64,000 bases of DNA, from contig JBGAHS010000001.1 in assembly GCA_044226015.1 (NCBI GenBank), positions 1,024,001 to 1,088,000 of the forward strand. The letters are read 5' to 3'. Of this stretch, positions 19,197 to 29,435 are shown piece after piece. A program made the translations under genes and the position numbers. Source of the stretch: Candidatus Obscuribacteraceae bacterium (GTDB lineage: Bacteria; Cyanobacteriota; Vampirovibrionia; Obscuribacterales; Obscuribacteraceae). Under the pieces are notes generated by a model, which saw only the letters and a program-made list of their open reading frames with translations, did not search any database and had not been told where the DNA came from. Positions within the stretch are counted from its first letter, which is position 1, and the number at the start of each line of letters is the position of its first letter.

Positions 19197-20783
19197 CTAC
19201 GGACCTCCGAGAGTCATATCGTAAACGTAAACCTGATCTCTGCCTTTCTCTTTTGCTTTGTAGAGAGCTTCATCCGCTCTCTTGAACAAGTCGTCGGGGT
19301 CGCTTGCATGCAGAGGAAAGTTTGCAACTCCAATTGACGCTGATATTGTTTTCCCCGTGCTATCGAGAATTGTCTCACTAATCAACTTCCGCACGCGCTC
19401 AGCAATGAGGACTGATTCCTCGAGCAGAGTATTCGGAAGAAGCAGGCAGAACTCTTCACCTCCATAGCGAGCTACGACGTCAATGGATCGGGAAGACCGG
19501 GACAAAACACTCGCTACTGCTTTTATAGCATCATCTCCAGCGGTGTGCCCGAACGTGTCGTTTATTTTCTTCAGGTAGTCCAGGTCAACAACCGCAAGGG
19601 TCATGGGCTCTGCATAACGCCTTGCCCTCTCAAATTCTTTGTAGAAACATTCATTAAAATTACGACGATTGGACACGCCGGTTAAACCGTCTGTCACTGC
19701 CTGAAGTTTCTTTTCTTCATGGAGGTCTGCGTTTTCTACTGCTACGGAAAGATGGTCGGCAAGTGCTCCGAAGAATGTTAGGTCATCGATGCTCCATGGG
19801 CGCGGCATCTTGCAATCTTGCAAGAATATTGCACCGATAGTTCTGTCGCGCATAATTAAGGGAATGATGAGCCCCGAAAGAAAACCAAAGCTGTTCAAAA
19901 ATTCTTTGTCGAAGCCTTGCGATGGTCCGAACTCGCCATCGCCCAATTCGCAGGGAGCAGTCTTGCTCATTATGCTACTAACGAAGGCCTGACCCTGTTC
20001 AGAAAAAAACTTTGATTGAGCTGGTTCGATGCTTGCATTGTTGAACTCATAAACTTGTAAACTTGCTGCCGGTCTCAGTATTAGACATCGGCTCAGGTCA
20101 AACTTCTGTCCGAGGCTATTAACCGAATTTTGCAGAACCTTTTGAATCTCTACCGAGCTGCGCATTGCGCTGGAAATTTCGTAGAGAAGCTTATCGCGCT
20201 CTATAGTGCGGAAGCGCAAAGCGTCTTTAACAGTCAAGTCCTGGATAAGCTTTCTAGTCTGATCTTCGAGATTTGCGTTCTGATCTTCCAGGTCATCGTA
20301 GCGGCTGCGGAGTCTTTCGTTTTCTCTTTTGACTTCTCTGATTTCCCATGCGTTTGATAACGCAGTGTGGAGTGGTAGCTCGTCCAACTTAGCCTTCACT
20401 GCTTCGATGTCAAAGCTCTTACCAGCAAGTAGTAACGCTGCACAGAGCTTTCCATCTTCCTGAATTCTGACATAGACAAGTTCCGTGTCGTCTGGCAGGT
20501 CTTCATCTGTGTCGTACTCTCCGACGGTTTTCTCATCGAATTCGCGGCTCTGTTCGAGTTCTTCGGCGAATTCGTTGCTTATCGATGTAAGAAGTTGCCT
20601 GTTTTGTCCGTAAAAATATTTGTCACTTACCGTCTCAACGTCATTGTCCCAGATAAGTACTGCTAGAGATTCTGGTTTGAAAGCAGATAGGAATTCGTCC
20701 GCAACTGACTCAAGCACCTCATTAAATTCCAGGGTGCCGAGCAATCGGAGATATTTGTTTGTCTGGGTTTTGGTGGATTTCAT
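19197..20783 (-). CDS. GAF-domain diguanylate cyclase
   Basis: Coiled coil, GAF, TDGLTG.SNRR, DLDYLKKIND.FGH, RSID I-site, GGEEF. Confidence 0.93.
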   Translation of the reverse strand: MKSTKTQTNKYLRLLGTLEFNEVLESVADEFLSAFKPESLAVLIWDNDVETVSDKYFYGQNRQLLTSISNEFAEELEQSREFDEKTVGEYDTDEDLPDDTELVYVRIQEDGKLCAALLLAGKSFDIEAVKAKLDELPLHTALSNAWEIREVKRENERLRSRYDDLEDQNANLEDQTRKLIQDLTVKDALRFRTIERDKLLYEISSAMRSSVEIQKVLQNSVNSLGQKFDLSRCLILRPAASLQVYEFNNASIEPAQSKFFSEQGQAFVSSIMSKTAPCELGDGEFGPSQGFDKEFLNSFGFLSGLIIPLIMRDRTIGAIFLQDCKMPRPWSIDDLTFFGALADHLSVAVENADLHEEKKLQAVTDGLTGVSNRRNFNECFYKEFERARRYAEPMTLAVVDLDYLKKINDTFGHTAGDDAIKAVASVLSRSSRSIDVVARYGGEEFCLLLPNTLLEESVLIAERVRKLISETILDSTGKTISASIGVANFPLHASDPDDLFKRADEALYKAKEKGRDQVYVYDMTLGGP

Positions 20784-21250
20784 ATCAGATGTATTCTTCC
20801 CCGTCAGTTATTGCTTATAAACCTCCTGACAACGCCGCTTTGGCTAATTTGTGCGTTTGTTTGCCTCTGTAAATGGGCTTTCTGATGACTTAATGAATCG
20901 AGACGAGTCCAATTCGCTTTCTCTGAAATGATTTTGGGGAATTGGCGAGAGTTTATCTATTTGCGCGGACAGACAGAGCTAAAACCTCCTCGGATTCGTT
21001 TGAGTGAGTGAGCATCCTCTACTCCCGAATCTCCCATAAACTTTGGCCGTAACAAGAGGGTCAGATTCAAAATTGAGGTGTGTTTGGAACAAATTCGGGC
21101 AATTCAATTCAAATTCGATTTGCGTACAAGCCAAAGCTGGAGCCCGGAAGCTGTGGGGCAGCTCCCGGGCGCGGTTCATGCGGTGAAAAAGTCGTAGTGA
21201 GCCGTTCAGCTCTTTGTAATTTCTGAGCTATGACGTGGCGCGGAAAAGGT

Positions 21251-21550
21251 TTATTCGAACTCTTTCATTAGTTTCAGCATCGTATGTCGGCGTTGCTCTC
21301 GAGATAAGTCCGGGGTGTAATGCACAGCGGCCAGCAATTTGCTTGAACTCATTTCTTGCCAGAATTGCTTATTGCTTGTGTATTCTTCATTGTCGAGACA
21401 GTCTTTTACGCAAATTGTTTCGTCTAACTCAATCAGTTCAAACTCGCCTTTTCTTTCAGTGAAGAGCGCATAAATTCCTGCCGCGTCCCTTAAGTCTTCC
21501 GCGTCTGCAAACGGTCCTTCAAATTCCAATGGTCCAATAAAAATTCCCAT
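21251..21550 (-). CDS. Small hypothetical protein, possibly degenerate GIY-YIG fold
   Basis: 99 aa with AGGAG SD; FEGP...AGIYAL; lacks YIG. Confidence 0.6.
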   Translation of the reverse strand: MGIFIGPLEFEGPFADAEDLRDAAGIYALFTERKGEFELIELDETICVKDCLDNEEYTSNKQFWQEMSSSKLLAAVHYTPDLSREQRRHTMLKLMKEFE

Positions 21551-21954
21551 GGGGTACTCCTGCCGTTACGTCTTTAGAGTGCAATTTCGTTGGAAGCTTC
21601 TTCGTTTCGATGCGAATATCTTGCCAGCGAAATACTAAGGAGAGGTTAAAGTAATCTCCTGACTTTTCGTTTTACTAAGATTTTGTTCGCACCGTATGTG
21701 GTGCTTGCCGTTTGGCAGTTCTTGTTTCCATTTTTTGCTCAGCAATCAGTTGTCTTAAGACTGTTCACTGTGCTGTCGGTTACCGAGAGGGGCGCTTCTG
21801 TGAGCCGGTGTTAAACCGAATCTTTACTTTACATATGCATTTCGAAATCAATCTTTACCAGCGGCAGGCCTTATCATCTAATGGCGACCGTAAGTGATGA
21901 AGTTGGGTTCAATTTCATCTATCTCGAAAGTAGTGATCAGAAGGAGCGGGCAGC

Positions 21955-23214
21955 GTGTCTGCAAACAGTGAGACCGAAACTGCCAGCTCAAACCCCTTCT
22001 TCGTTTTGCGGGATGCCAACTCCCAGAAGGTTTTCTGGGGGCAATTGATTTCGCAATCATGCGATAAGCTTCTCTCGGTTGGAATGATTTGGGTTTTAAG
22101 CACCAGATTTAGTCCTAAATGGGTGCCCTGGTTCATCGCGCTTGGAGCTCTGCCACACTTCGTTTTGGCTTTGAAGTCGGGAGATCTTATTGGGCGATGG
22201 GGCACTCTGCGCACTGTTATCTGGACCGATATTCTTCGAGGAATTTTGTTTGTTGGAATTGCAGCATCGATGCCGCTGCTCTCTGATGACAAAGTGCTTT
22301 TGGCGATTTTGATGGCTGCCGCGTTTGTTTCTAATATTGCTGGTGCTCTCTTCAACCCTGCAATTTTGACCCTGCCATTGGAACTAATGCCTGAAGGCGA
22401 GAATCGTGACAAATTGACCGCTTTGATTGATTCTTGTTTTTCCTGGGGTAACGTTTTGGGCCCACTGGTATCAGCGCTCAGTTATGCTTGGGTAGGTCTT
22501 GGGGGAATGCTTGCGTTAAATGGTTTAAGTTACTTCATCTCTGCGGCGTTGGCGCTGACGATTAAACTTCCCAAACTGATTAAGAGCGAGGAAGCAAAGA
22601 AGCAGGAACCTACAGCGAGCGAAGCACCCAAAACGAAGACCACGAAAGAGATTCTGAAAAGTCAACCAGTTATTTCTGGAATGCTTTTCACTTTTTTATT
22701 TATGAACTTCTTTTTGGCGCCTCTCATGATATTCATGCCCTGGTATGCGAAAAATGTGTATAGCGAAGGAATCGCAGCATTAGCAAAACTCGAATTCTCG
22801 CTGGGAATGGGAACTGTTGCAGGTGGTCTTTTGCTTTCTCTCGTCAAACTACCAGGAGCTACTTGGAAGCGTGTGAGCTTATCACTGCTTCTGATGGCAG
22901 TCTCCTATCTTGCATTCACGTTCTCGAAGAACATTTGGATAGCCTGTTCTGCAGTTCTCATGCTTGGGTTCTTTCTTTCGCTTGCAAATGTTGTTTGTTT
23001 GACATTTTTTCAAAGCACGCCTGAAGCCGAAGATGTGCCCAAGGTGATGGGACTTGTAAATTTGATCAGTGTTGCTTCCCTGCCTATCTCCATGGGTGTT
23101 GTGGGAGCGATCATCGAGAGAGTTCTTGTTCCTGATTTCGCCGCTATCTGTGCTGGGCTTGTAATTGGAATCGCACTGTTGATTCCGTTCATTCCTGGAA
23201 TCAGGAGGGTCTAA
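21955..23214 (+). CDS. MFS transporter (drug/macrolide efflux-like), first gene of the biosynthetic operon
   Basis: About 12 hydrophobic segments; FWGQLISQ, GDLIGRWG motif-A variant, LFNPA; AAGGAG SD. Confidence 0.88.
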   Translation: MSANSETETASSNPFFVLRDANSQKVFWGQLISQSCDKLLSVGMIWVLSTRFSPKWVPWFIALGALPHFVLALKSGDLIGRWGTLRTVIWTDILRGILFVGIAASMPLLSDDKVLLAILMAAAFVSNIAGALFNPAILTLPLELMPEGENRDKLTALIDSCFSWGNVLGPLVSALSYAWVGLGGMLALNGLSYFISAALALTIKLPKLIKSEEAKKQEPTASEAPKTKTTKEILKSQPVISGMLFTFLFMNFFLAPLMIFMPWYAKNVYSEGIAALAKLEFSLGMGTVAGGLLLSLVKLPGATWKRVSLSLLLMAVSYLAFTFSKNIWIACSAVLMLGFFLSLANVVCLTFFQSTPEAEDVPKVMGLVNLISVASLPISMGVVGAIIERVLVPDFAAICAGLVIGIALLIPFIPGIRRV

Positions 23215-23215
23215 C

Positions 23216-24370
23216 ATGCGTATTGTTATCGAAAAACCAGCCCTTGAGGATATCGATGAACTGTTGAAGTTATACTTCATGGTTTACGGACAAAACTATC
23301 CTATTGCGTTAGGTAATAACTCAGAAGCTGCTGCTCAAGCCGTTCTATCTGATGATTATGTTTGGTTGATTGCGCGAGACAGATCTCGCTCGCGTATGAT
23401 AGTCGGTTCTATGGTGTATGAATTAGATCGACTCGACAAAGTGGCAAAAGCGCTAGCTCTGGTCGTTCACCCCGACTACCGTAAAGTCGGAATCGCCTCT
23501 CGCTTGTGTGCCTGGGGCGACAAACTAATCGAAAAAGGTGGACCTTTCAATTCGATTTATACGACGACGCGAACGCAAGGAATTGGTCCGCAGCTAATCT
23601 TTTTGAAGGAAAATTATCTTCCGCTGGGAATTTTTCCGAACGCGCATAAAATAAAGCGGCATGAGACTACAACGCTGTTTGCCAAGTTTCAAGAGGGCGT
23701 GTTAGAAAGACGAGTCGCTACTGAAAAAATCCCTACGCGCTTGGTTCCGCTCTACCAAATAGTTCAGCGGTATTATCCCGGTTTGCAAATTCCTCCAAGT
23801 GAAAATCTGTCAGACAGATCGATCAAAATGCACTCCCCATGGGATACAAGCTTTGAGGCAATCTTTGCACCTCACTATGTGCTTCGAAGGTTTAAGGCTC
23901 AAATTACCGATACCAACGCGCAGTTCTATCCATTCCATTTGCCAAACTTGCTGATAGCTGATGACTCAGGTAAGGTCGAGATTTTTGCTTATTACAACCA
24001 GTTAGACGGTTATTGCACGCTAATTTCATGCAATCAACCGATGTACGCCTTGCACGAAACTTTTCCTTCATTGTTGGAGAAACTTCGTTCGCTCGGAATA
24101 ACTTATGTGGAAGTCTTGATTGGAGCAAACAGATTCGAGTCGCTGGAAGTCTTGATGCGAGCTCAATTCTTGCCCTCGGCTCTTTACCCTGGCATGCGAG
24201 AAATCAATGGCGCCACTTACGACTACGTGATCATGACTCGCACAATGGAACCGCTCGATTTCCGCGGCATGCAGGTCGAGCAAGCTTTCAAACCGTATGT
24301 TGACCAGTATGTTGCTCTCTGGAAGAAAATGCACCTCGATGCCCTGGAGGTCTTTGATGACTACCGCTAG
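23216..24370 (+). CDS. GNAT-family N-acyltransferase (LeupD-like)
   Basis: Acyl-CoA motif VVHPDYRKVGIA; starts 1 bp after the MFS stop. Confidence 0.82.
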   Translation: MRIVIEKPALEDIDELLKLYFMVYGQNYPIALGNNSEAAAQAVLSDDYVWLIARDRSRSRMIVGSMVYELDRLDKVAKALALVVHPDYRKVGIASRLCAWGDKLIEKGGPFNSIYTTTRTQGIGPQLIFLKENYLPLGIFPNAHKIKRHETTTLFAKFQEGVLERRVATEKIPTRLVPLYQIVQRYYPGLQIPPSENLSDRSIKMHSPWDTSFEAIFAPHYVLRRFKAQITDTNAQFYPFHLPNLLIADDSGKVEIFAYYNQLDGYCTLISCNQPMYALHETFPSLLEKLRSLGITYVEVLIGANRFESLEVLMRAQFLPSALYPGMREINGATYDYVIMTRTMEPLDFRGMQVEQAFKPYVDQYVALWKKMHLDALEVFDDYR

Positions 24371-25529
24371 TGTTTTGGTTCCTGATTCAAGTTCACTCCG
24401 AAAAGTGCAGCAGCTCTGCGATATCAGTGAACCATATCTGGTATCAAACGAAGCGGACGCCCTTTTCGTAGAAGCCATGCAAGAAATTGTTGCCTGGCAT
24501 TCTGAAAAAAATGAGTTCTACAGGAAACTACTTGAGCTGAAGCGCTTTGACCCGCACTCATTGAAAAAGGTTGAGGATTGCGCTTCAATTCCTTTCGTGC
24601 TTGCTAATTTCTTCAAGGCACACGAGCAAAAGTCAGTCAGTGAAGACAAAATTTCTGTTCATCTAACTTCGTCCGGCACCACCGGGCAGAAATCTCAGAT
24701 GTTTTTTGACGATTGGACCTTGGGTTCGGCGCAGCGGATGATTGATTTCATATTCGACTTTAATGGTTGGACCAGTGAAAACCCATGCAATTATCTCTTG
24801 TACTCATACGAGACCGAAGCTGATTCAAAGTTAGGTACTGCGTATACTGATAATTTCCTTTGCAAGTACGCGCCCATTAACCGAGTTTTCACCTCGCTTC
24901 GGCTCACGGGCAGTGGAACTCACGAATTTGATATTTTTGGTTGCATTGATAGATTGCGCGAGTTTGAAAAGGATGGTCGTCCTGTCAGAATATTTGGATT
25001 CCCAGCGTTTCTGCATTTTACGCTTGAGAGAATGCGGGCTTTGAAAGTGCCACCACTTAAGTTGTCTGAAGACTCGCTTGTATTCTTAGGTGGCGGCTGG
25101 AAGGGAAATGCGGACAAGGCTATCGATAAATTAGATTTATACCGTCATTGCAACGAGCTTTTGGGAATTCCAGATAAGCGCCTTCGCGATGGTTTTGGCT
25201 CAGTAGAGCATTGTATTCCATACATCGAATGTGAGAACCATCAGTTTCATGTTCCTGTATGGTCGCGAGTTTTTGTTCGCGATTTGAAGACTCTCGAGGC
25301 ACTTCCCTATGGTGAAAAAGGTTTCTTGCATTTTGTGTCCCCCTACATAACATCAGTTCCGGCAGCAAGTGTTTTGATGGGAGATCTTGCCTCTGTGCAT
25401 GAGGCGAAGACCTGCGGCTGTTCCCTAGAAACTCCATATTTCGTGGTTCATGGTCGTGCTGGTTTGTCCCGCAACAAGAGCTGCGCAGTCGCTGCTGCAG
25501 AGCTAATGGGTAAAGGGGGCAAGGTATGA
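24357..25529 (+). CDS. LuxE-like acyl-protein synthetase/adenylating ligase (LeupC-like)
   Basis: LTSSGTTGQKS, FGFPAF, GGGWKG, DGFGSVEH, C-terminal GRAG...KSCA; ATG 24357 with GGAGG SD overlaps the GNAT end. Confidence 0.88.
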   Translation: MTTASVLVPDSSSLRKVQQLCDISEPYLVSNEADALFVEAMQEIVAWHSEKNEFYRKLLELKRFDPHSLKKVEDCASIPFVLANFFKAHEQKSVSEDKISVHLTSSGTTGQKSQMFFDDWTLGSAQRMIDFIFDFNGWTSENPCNYLLYSYETEADSKLGTAYTDNFLCKYAPINRVFTSLRLTGSGTHEFDIFGCIDRLREFEKDGRPVRIFGFPAFLHFTLERMRALKVPPLKLSEDSLVFLGGGWKGNADKAIDKLDLYRHCNELLGIPDKRLRDGFGSVEHCIPYIECENHQFHVPVWSRVFVRDLKTLEALPYGEKGFLHFVSPYITSVPAASVLMGDLASVHEAKTCGCSLETPYFVVHGRAGLSRNKSCAVAAAELMGKGGKV

Positions 25530-28054
25530 GCACTTTAGCAACTCCGCACCTCTGGCAAGGGCACTGGCTCAGCGATGAAGAACTGGAAAATCGCCTGCCA
25601 AATCTAGCAGGTGATGTGCGTGTAGCACTTGCGTCTCCTTTTGAGGTTCGACACTTGCTTGATGCATGCGAACGTTTGAGCAAGCGCTTGCGCAAGAAAG
25701 ATGATGAGGTATATCTGGCTCTCGAGAAGCTGCTTTCCACCGGTTTTCGAATGGAAGAGGCTGAGCGCAGGAAGGAGTTAAAAGAGTTAGCTGACTTCTT
25801 GCGGCGAGCAGATCTCGAAGAAAAATTGGCTTGTGAGTTGGGCAAAGGTGACCCTTTCAATTTTGTTCGAGCTGATCAACGCGAGGACAATTTTGAACGC
25901 TGGAGCCCTCTAGGGTTCCTTGTTCATATTGCCCCAACAAATGCTTACAGTGCTGGTGCCTGGAGTATTCTGGAAGGTTTGTTGAGCGGAAACGTCAACT
26001 TTCTCAAGACTGGTGGCAGCGATGAAATATTTGCACAGTTGTTTTTGAAATATTTGACCGATGAAGACTTGTCTAACACGATTGCGCCTCGTATTTTTGC
26101 TTGCAGAATTTCTTCCCGTAACCAGAAAATGCTGACAGAGGTGCTTTCGCTCGCAGATGGCGTTGTCGTCTGGGGAGATGAAGGTGCAATTTCTGGTATC
26201 AAAGCTATTTCGCCGCCACATGCCCGGTTTATTGATTGGGGTCCCAAAATTTCGTTTGCTTATTTTGCAGAAGATTGCTTAGAAGATGAGGAGTCGATTG
26301 AAGGGCTGGCGTTCGAGTGTTGCCGCATGGAGCAGCAAGCGTGTTCGAGCCCTCAATGTGTTTATGTGGAAACAGAAGACCGCGCTATTCTTGCGAAGTT
26401 TGCGCAACGATTGGCATCTAGTTTGCAGCAACATTCGTTGCAAGTTCCAGTAAAATCACCTTCTGGGCAAGAGCAGGCTGAAATCACTTCGGTGGTTGAG
26501 CTATGCAGGCTGGAATCATGCCTTGGACTAACGGACTTAATAGAAGACCCAAATGGTGACTGGCGCATTTTAATTGATTATTCAAGCGTGATGAAGGCAT
26601 CTCCGCTCTATAGAACCATCTGGGTTAAACCAATGCTGCGTGGAAAAATCGTCGAGACGCTCAGTCCCTTCAGATTTTTTCTACAGACTGCTGGTCTTGC
26701 TGCAAAATTGAACTCGATTTCTGAGTTGAGTGAGTCGCTGATTCAAGCAGGTGTTTTGAGAATCACAAAATGCGGTGAGATGCTGGAAAGCTACAGTGGT
26801 GAACCGCATGATGGTGTATATGCGCTGCAGCGCTACTCAAAGAAAATAAGCATGCAGCGAGGTGCAGACCTGGCAGGAATTTCGACATTTGCAGATTTGA
26901 AATTGTCTCAATTCTCTCCGCCTTCCGCCCCAATTCTTAGTAAGGAAGGCTTTCAGGCTCATAAAGTTGAAGAAGAATACTCCCATCTGTTTTTCAAGAG
27001 TGGTGGAAGCACTGGAGAGCCAAAGCTGTCGATATTTAGTTATGATGATTACCATCACCAAATGCGAGCTGCTGCTTATGGACTTGTTGCTGCCGGGCTC
27101 GACGTGAAAGTCGATCGTTGTATGAATCTCTTCTTTGCTGGAGGTTTGTACGGCGGTTTTGTGAGCTTCTTCACGATTTTGGAAGAACTCGAAGCCATTC
27201 AGTATCCTATGGCTGGAATTAACGACCTTGAATTAGTTGCTAGAACAATCGTTTCCCAGAAATGCAATGTGCTTCTGGGCATGCCTTCTTACATCATTCA
27301 GCTGTTTACCAATAATGCTGAGCTGTTTCGTAAGAATCAAGTGGTGGAAAAGATTCTCTATGGTGGCGAGCACTTCAATGAAAGCCAACGAAGACATTTT
27401 CAGAGAGAGTTCGGAATAAAGACTATAAGATCTTCCGGCTATGGAAGTGTAGATGCTGGTCCGATTGGCTACCAGTGCACACACTGCACGGGCGCTGTTC
27501 ATCACCTTCACAGTCGGCTGCATATTATGGAACTGCTGGAACTTGATCGCGATGTGGCGGTCGAAGATAAAGAGCCCGGCAGGGTGGTTCTCACTTCACT
27601 CGCTCGCGCAGGGCAGAAAATCGAGCGATATGATATTGGTGATCTGGCAAGACGGCTAAGCGGAGATTGTGAATGTGGTCGTCGCTCACCCAGGTTTGAG
27701 TTGCTGGGAAGGCACGGTGATGTTTTCCGGATAGGCTCTGCGTTTTTCAATTATGGAAAGTTTGTACAGATAGCTGGCGAAGTGTTCGATTTTGCAGGCG
27801 AGCTGCAGATTGTGCTGCGACCTTCAAGTGGTAGCCGACAGGAAGAACTCGCACTTTATCTGTCCAATCACAGGGCTCATTCGACAGAGGAAATTAAAGC
27901 CGCCTTTCTTGATAATTATGCGGATTTGCATGAAATCGTAGTTCGAGAGAATCTTTTAGATTTGACAATTACTCATGTCGATACCGACTCTTTGAAGAGA
28001 ACCACAGGTAGTGGCAAGCTTCGAAGAATAATTGATGAGAGAGCAGGAGTTTGA
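25526..28054 (+). CDS. Fusion of LuxC-like acyl reductase and PaaK-like adenylating ligase (LeupB-like)
   Basis: PLGFLVHIAPTN, WGPKIS, EQQACSSPQ (C273); C-half KSGGSTGEPK, LYGGE, GYGSVDAG, RYDIGD; ATGA overlap with the upstream stop. Confidence 0.88.
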   Translation: MSTLATPHLWQGHWLSDEELENRLPNLAGDVRVALASPFEVRHLLDACERLSKRLRKKDDEVYLALEKLLSTGFRMEEAERRKELKELADFLRRADLEEKLACELGKGDPFNFVRADQREDNFERWSPLGFLVHIAPTNAYSAGAWSILEGLLSGNVNFLKTGGSDEIFAQLFLKYLTDEDLSNTIAPRIFACRISSRNQKMLTEVLSLADGVVVWGDEGAISGIKAISPPHARFIDWGPKISFAYFAEDCLEDEESIEGLAFECCRMEQQACSSPQCVYVETEDRAILAKFAQRLASSLQQHSLQVPVKSPSGQEQAEITSVVELCRLESCLGLTDLIEDPNGDWRILIDYSSVMKASPLYRTIWVKPMLRGKIVETLSPFRFFLQTAGLAAKLNSISELSESLIQAGVLRITKCGEMLESYSGEPHDGVYALQRYSKKISMQRGADLAGISTFADLKLSQFSPPSAPILSKEGFQAHKVEEEYSHLFFKSGGSTGEPKLSIFSYDDYHHQMRAAAYGLVAAGLDVKVDRCMNLFFAGGLYGGFVSFFTILEELEAIQYPMAGINDLELVARTIVSQKCNVLLGMPSYIIQLFTNNAELFRKNQVVEKILYGGEHFNESQRRHFQREFGIKTIRSSGYGSVDAGPIGYQCTHCTGAVHHLHSRLHIMELLELDRDVAVEDKEPGRVVLTSLARAGQKIERYDIGDLARRLSGDCECGRRSPRFELLGRHGDVFRIGSAFFNYGKFVQIAGEVFDFAGELQIVLRPSSGSRQEELALYLSNHRAHSTEEIKAAFLDNYADLHEIVVRENLLDLTITHVDTDSLKRTTGSGKLRRIIDERAGV

Positions 28055-28069
28055 TGGGACTAAAATCAG

Positions 28070-29344
28070 ATGAAGATATTTGATTGGAAAGAACTTGCTA
28101 AATTCGCTAAGCAGAATTCAGTTTATTATGGAAAGCTCTACTCGGGCATCAGTCATTTCGAGAAATTGAGCGATTTGCCAGTGGTTGATCAAGCCGAGTT
28201 TTGGGCTGCAAACACGAGTAAAAACAATCAAGTATTCACCTCGAAGCAGACGGATGGAATTGTCTTCAAGAGTGGAGGAACAACCGGCAATCCAAAGTTC
28301 TCCGTTTTCTCCAAAGAAGAGTGGGACCTATTTACGAGATTTTTTGGGGAAGGTATGAACAAGGGCGGTATGGTCGCAAGTGACCGCATTGCTAACCTAT
28401 TTTATGCTGGAGAATTATATGCTTCGTTCATTTTTATAATGAAGTGCATCGAATCGGCGCCGACACCGGCATTGCAATTTCCTATCAGTGGAAGCACCAA
28501 GCCGGAAATTATTTTGCAGACCGTAAGAGAATTTGATATCAATGTTCTTGCCGGACTGCCCACCACAATAATGAATGTAGCTGAATTCTATGCACATAAC
28601 CGGGAAGCCTTCCCCGAAGTTAAAGTGAGCAAGATTCTTTTTGGCGGTGAATCTATGTATCCCGACCAGCGCAGGCGACTGCAAGAATTGTTTCCCGGTG
28701 TTTCCATTCGCTCAATCGGATATGCCAGTGTTGATGCTGGTCTGCTTGGTTATTTTGATGATAGCTGTGAGGCGGATGAACACAGATGTTTTGGAACTGC
28801 CACAGTGCTTGAGATTGTGGATGACGATACCAACGAACCTATAACAGAGCCCAATAAGCCGGGCAAGGTCCTGTTGACGAGTCTGATCCGAGGATATATG
28901 CCGATAATTCGCTACCCTGTAGGCGATAGAGCAATATGGACGGAGGAAGCTTCGGAGTCAAATCTTGATCGCAAGTTTCTAATTCTTGGACGTTCTGAGG
29001 AAGCCGCAAGAGTGGGACCTGTTTCGGTTTACTATGAGGACATGCGTTCATTTTTGGATGGCTTAGAGCTGGATTTTCAAGTGACCGGATTTCAATTGCT
29101 GATTTCGCATTCCGAGTTGAAAGACAAGCTGACGGTGAGAATAGCATGTCCCGAGAAACCAGCTGACACCAAAATAATTGATCAATTCATCGCTGACTCG
29201 TTCGGTCGAGAGCGAAAAATGTTTGCTGAAGCCTCAGCAGATAACAAGATTCATCCGCTGCATATCGACTGGGTTGAGCCGTCTGCATTTGAAATCAATC
29301 CTAGAACAGGCAAGCTTCGCAGAGTAATAGACAATCGAAATTGA
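28070..29344 (+). CDS. PaaK/F390-synthetase-like adenylating ligase (LeupA-like)
   Basis: KSGGTTGNPK, LFGGE, GYASVDAG, IIRYPVGD, RTGKLRRVID. Confidence 0.88.
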   Translation: MKIFDWKELAKFAKQNSVYYGKLYSGISHFEKLSDLPVVDQAEFWAANTSKNNQVFTSKQTDGIVFKSGGTTGNPKFSVFSKEEWDLFTRFFGEGMNKGGMVASDRIANLFYAGELYASFIFIMKCIESAPTPALQFPISGSTKPEIILQTVREFDINVLAGLPTTIMNVAEFYAHNREAFPEVKVSKILFGGESMYPDQRRRLQELFPGVSIRSIGYASVDAGLLGYFDDSCEADEHRCFGTATVLEIVDDDTNEPITEPNKPGKVLLTSLIRGYMPIIRYPVGDRAIWTEEASESNLDRKFLILGRSEEAARVGPVSVYYEDMRSFLDGLELDFQVTGFQLLISHSELKDKLTVRIACPEKPADTKIIDQFIADSFGRERKMFAEASADNKIHPLHIDWVEPSAFEINPRTGKLRRVIDNRN

Positions 29345-29435
29345 GTCTAGCTTTCATAGCTATTGATCGCTTTATGACTTTTGAGCTTGCTGATTGGGAT
29401 TACCGATTTGTTCAATACCGGAGCCGACCTCTGGT

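Noticed and set aside
20790..20900. c-di-GMP riboswitch ahead of the diguanylate cyclase
   Set aside because: A GGCAAAC is present on the minus strand, but the P2 GNRA stem and P3 could not be built
24357..28054. Bioluminescence (lux) operon
   Set aside because: No luxA, luxB, luxD or luxG in the window; LuxC is fused to a ligase and flanked by a GNAT and an MFS
28070..29344. Phenylacetate catabolism (paaK)
   Set aside because: No other paa genes; the context is biosynthetic
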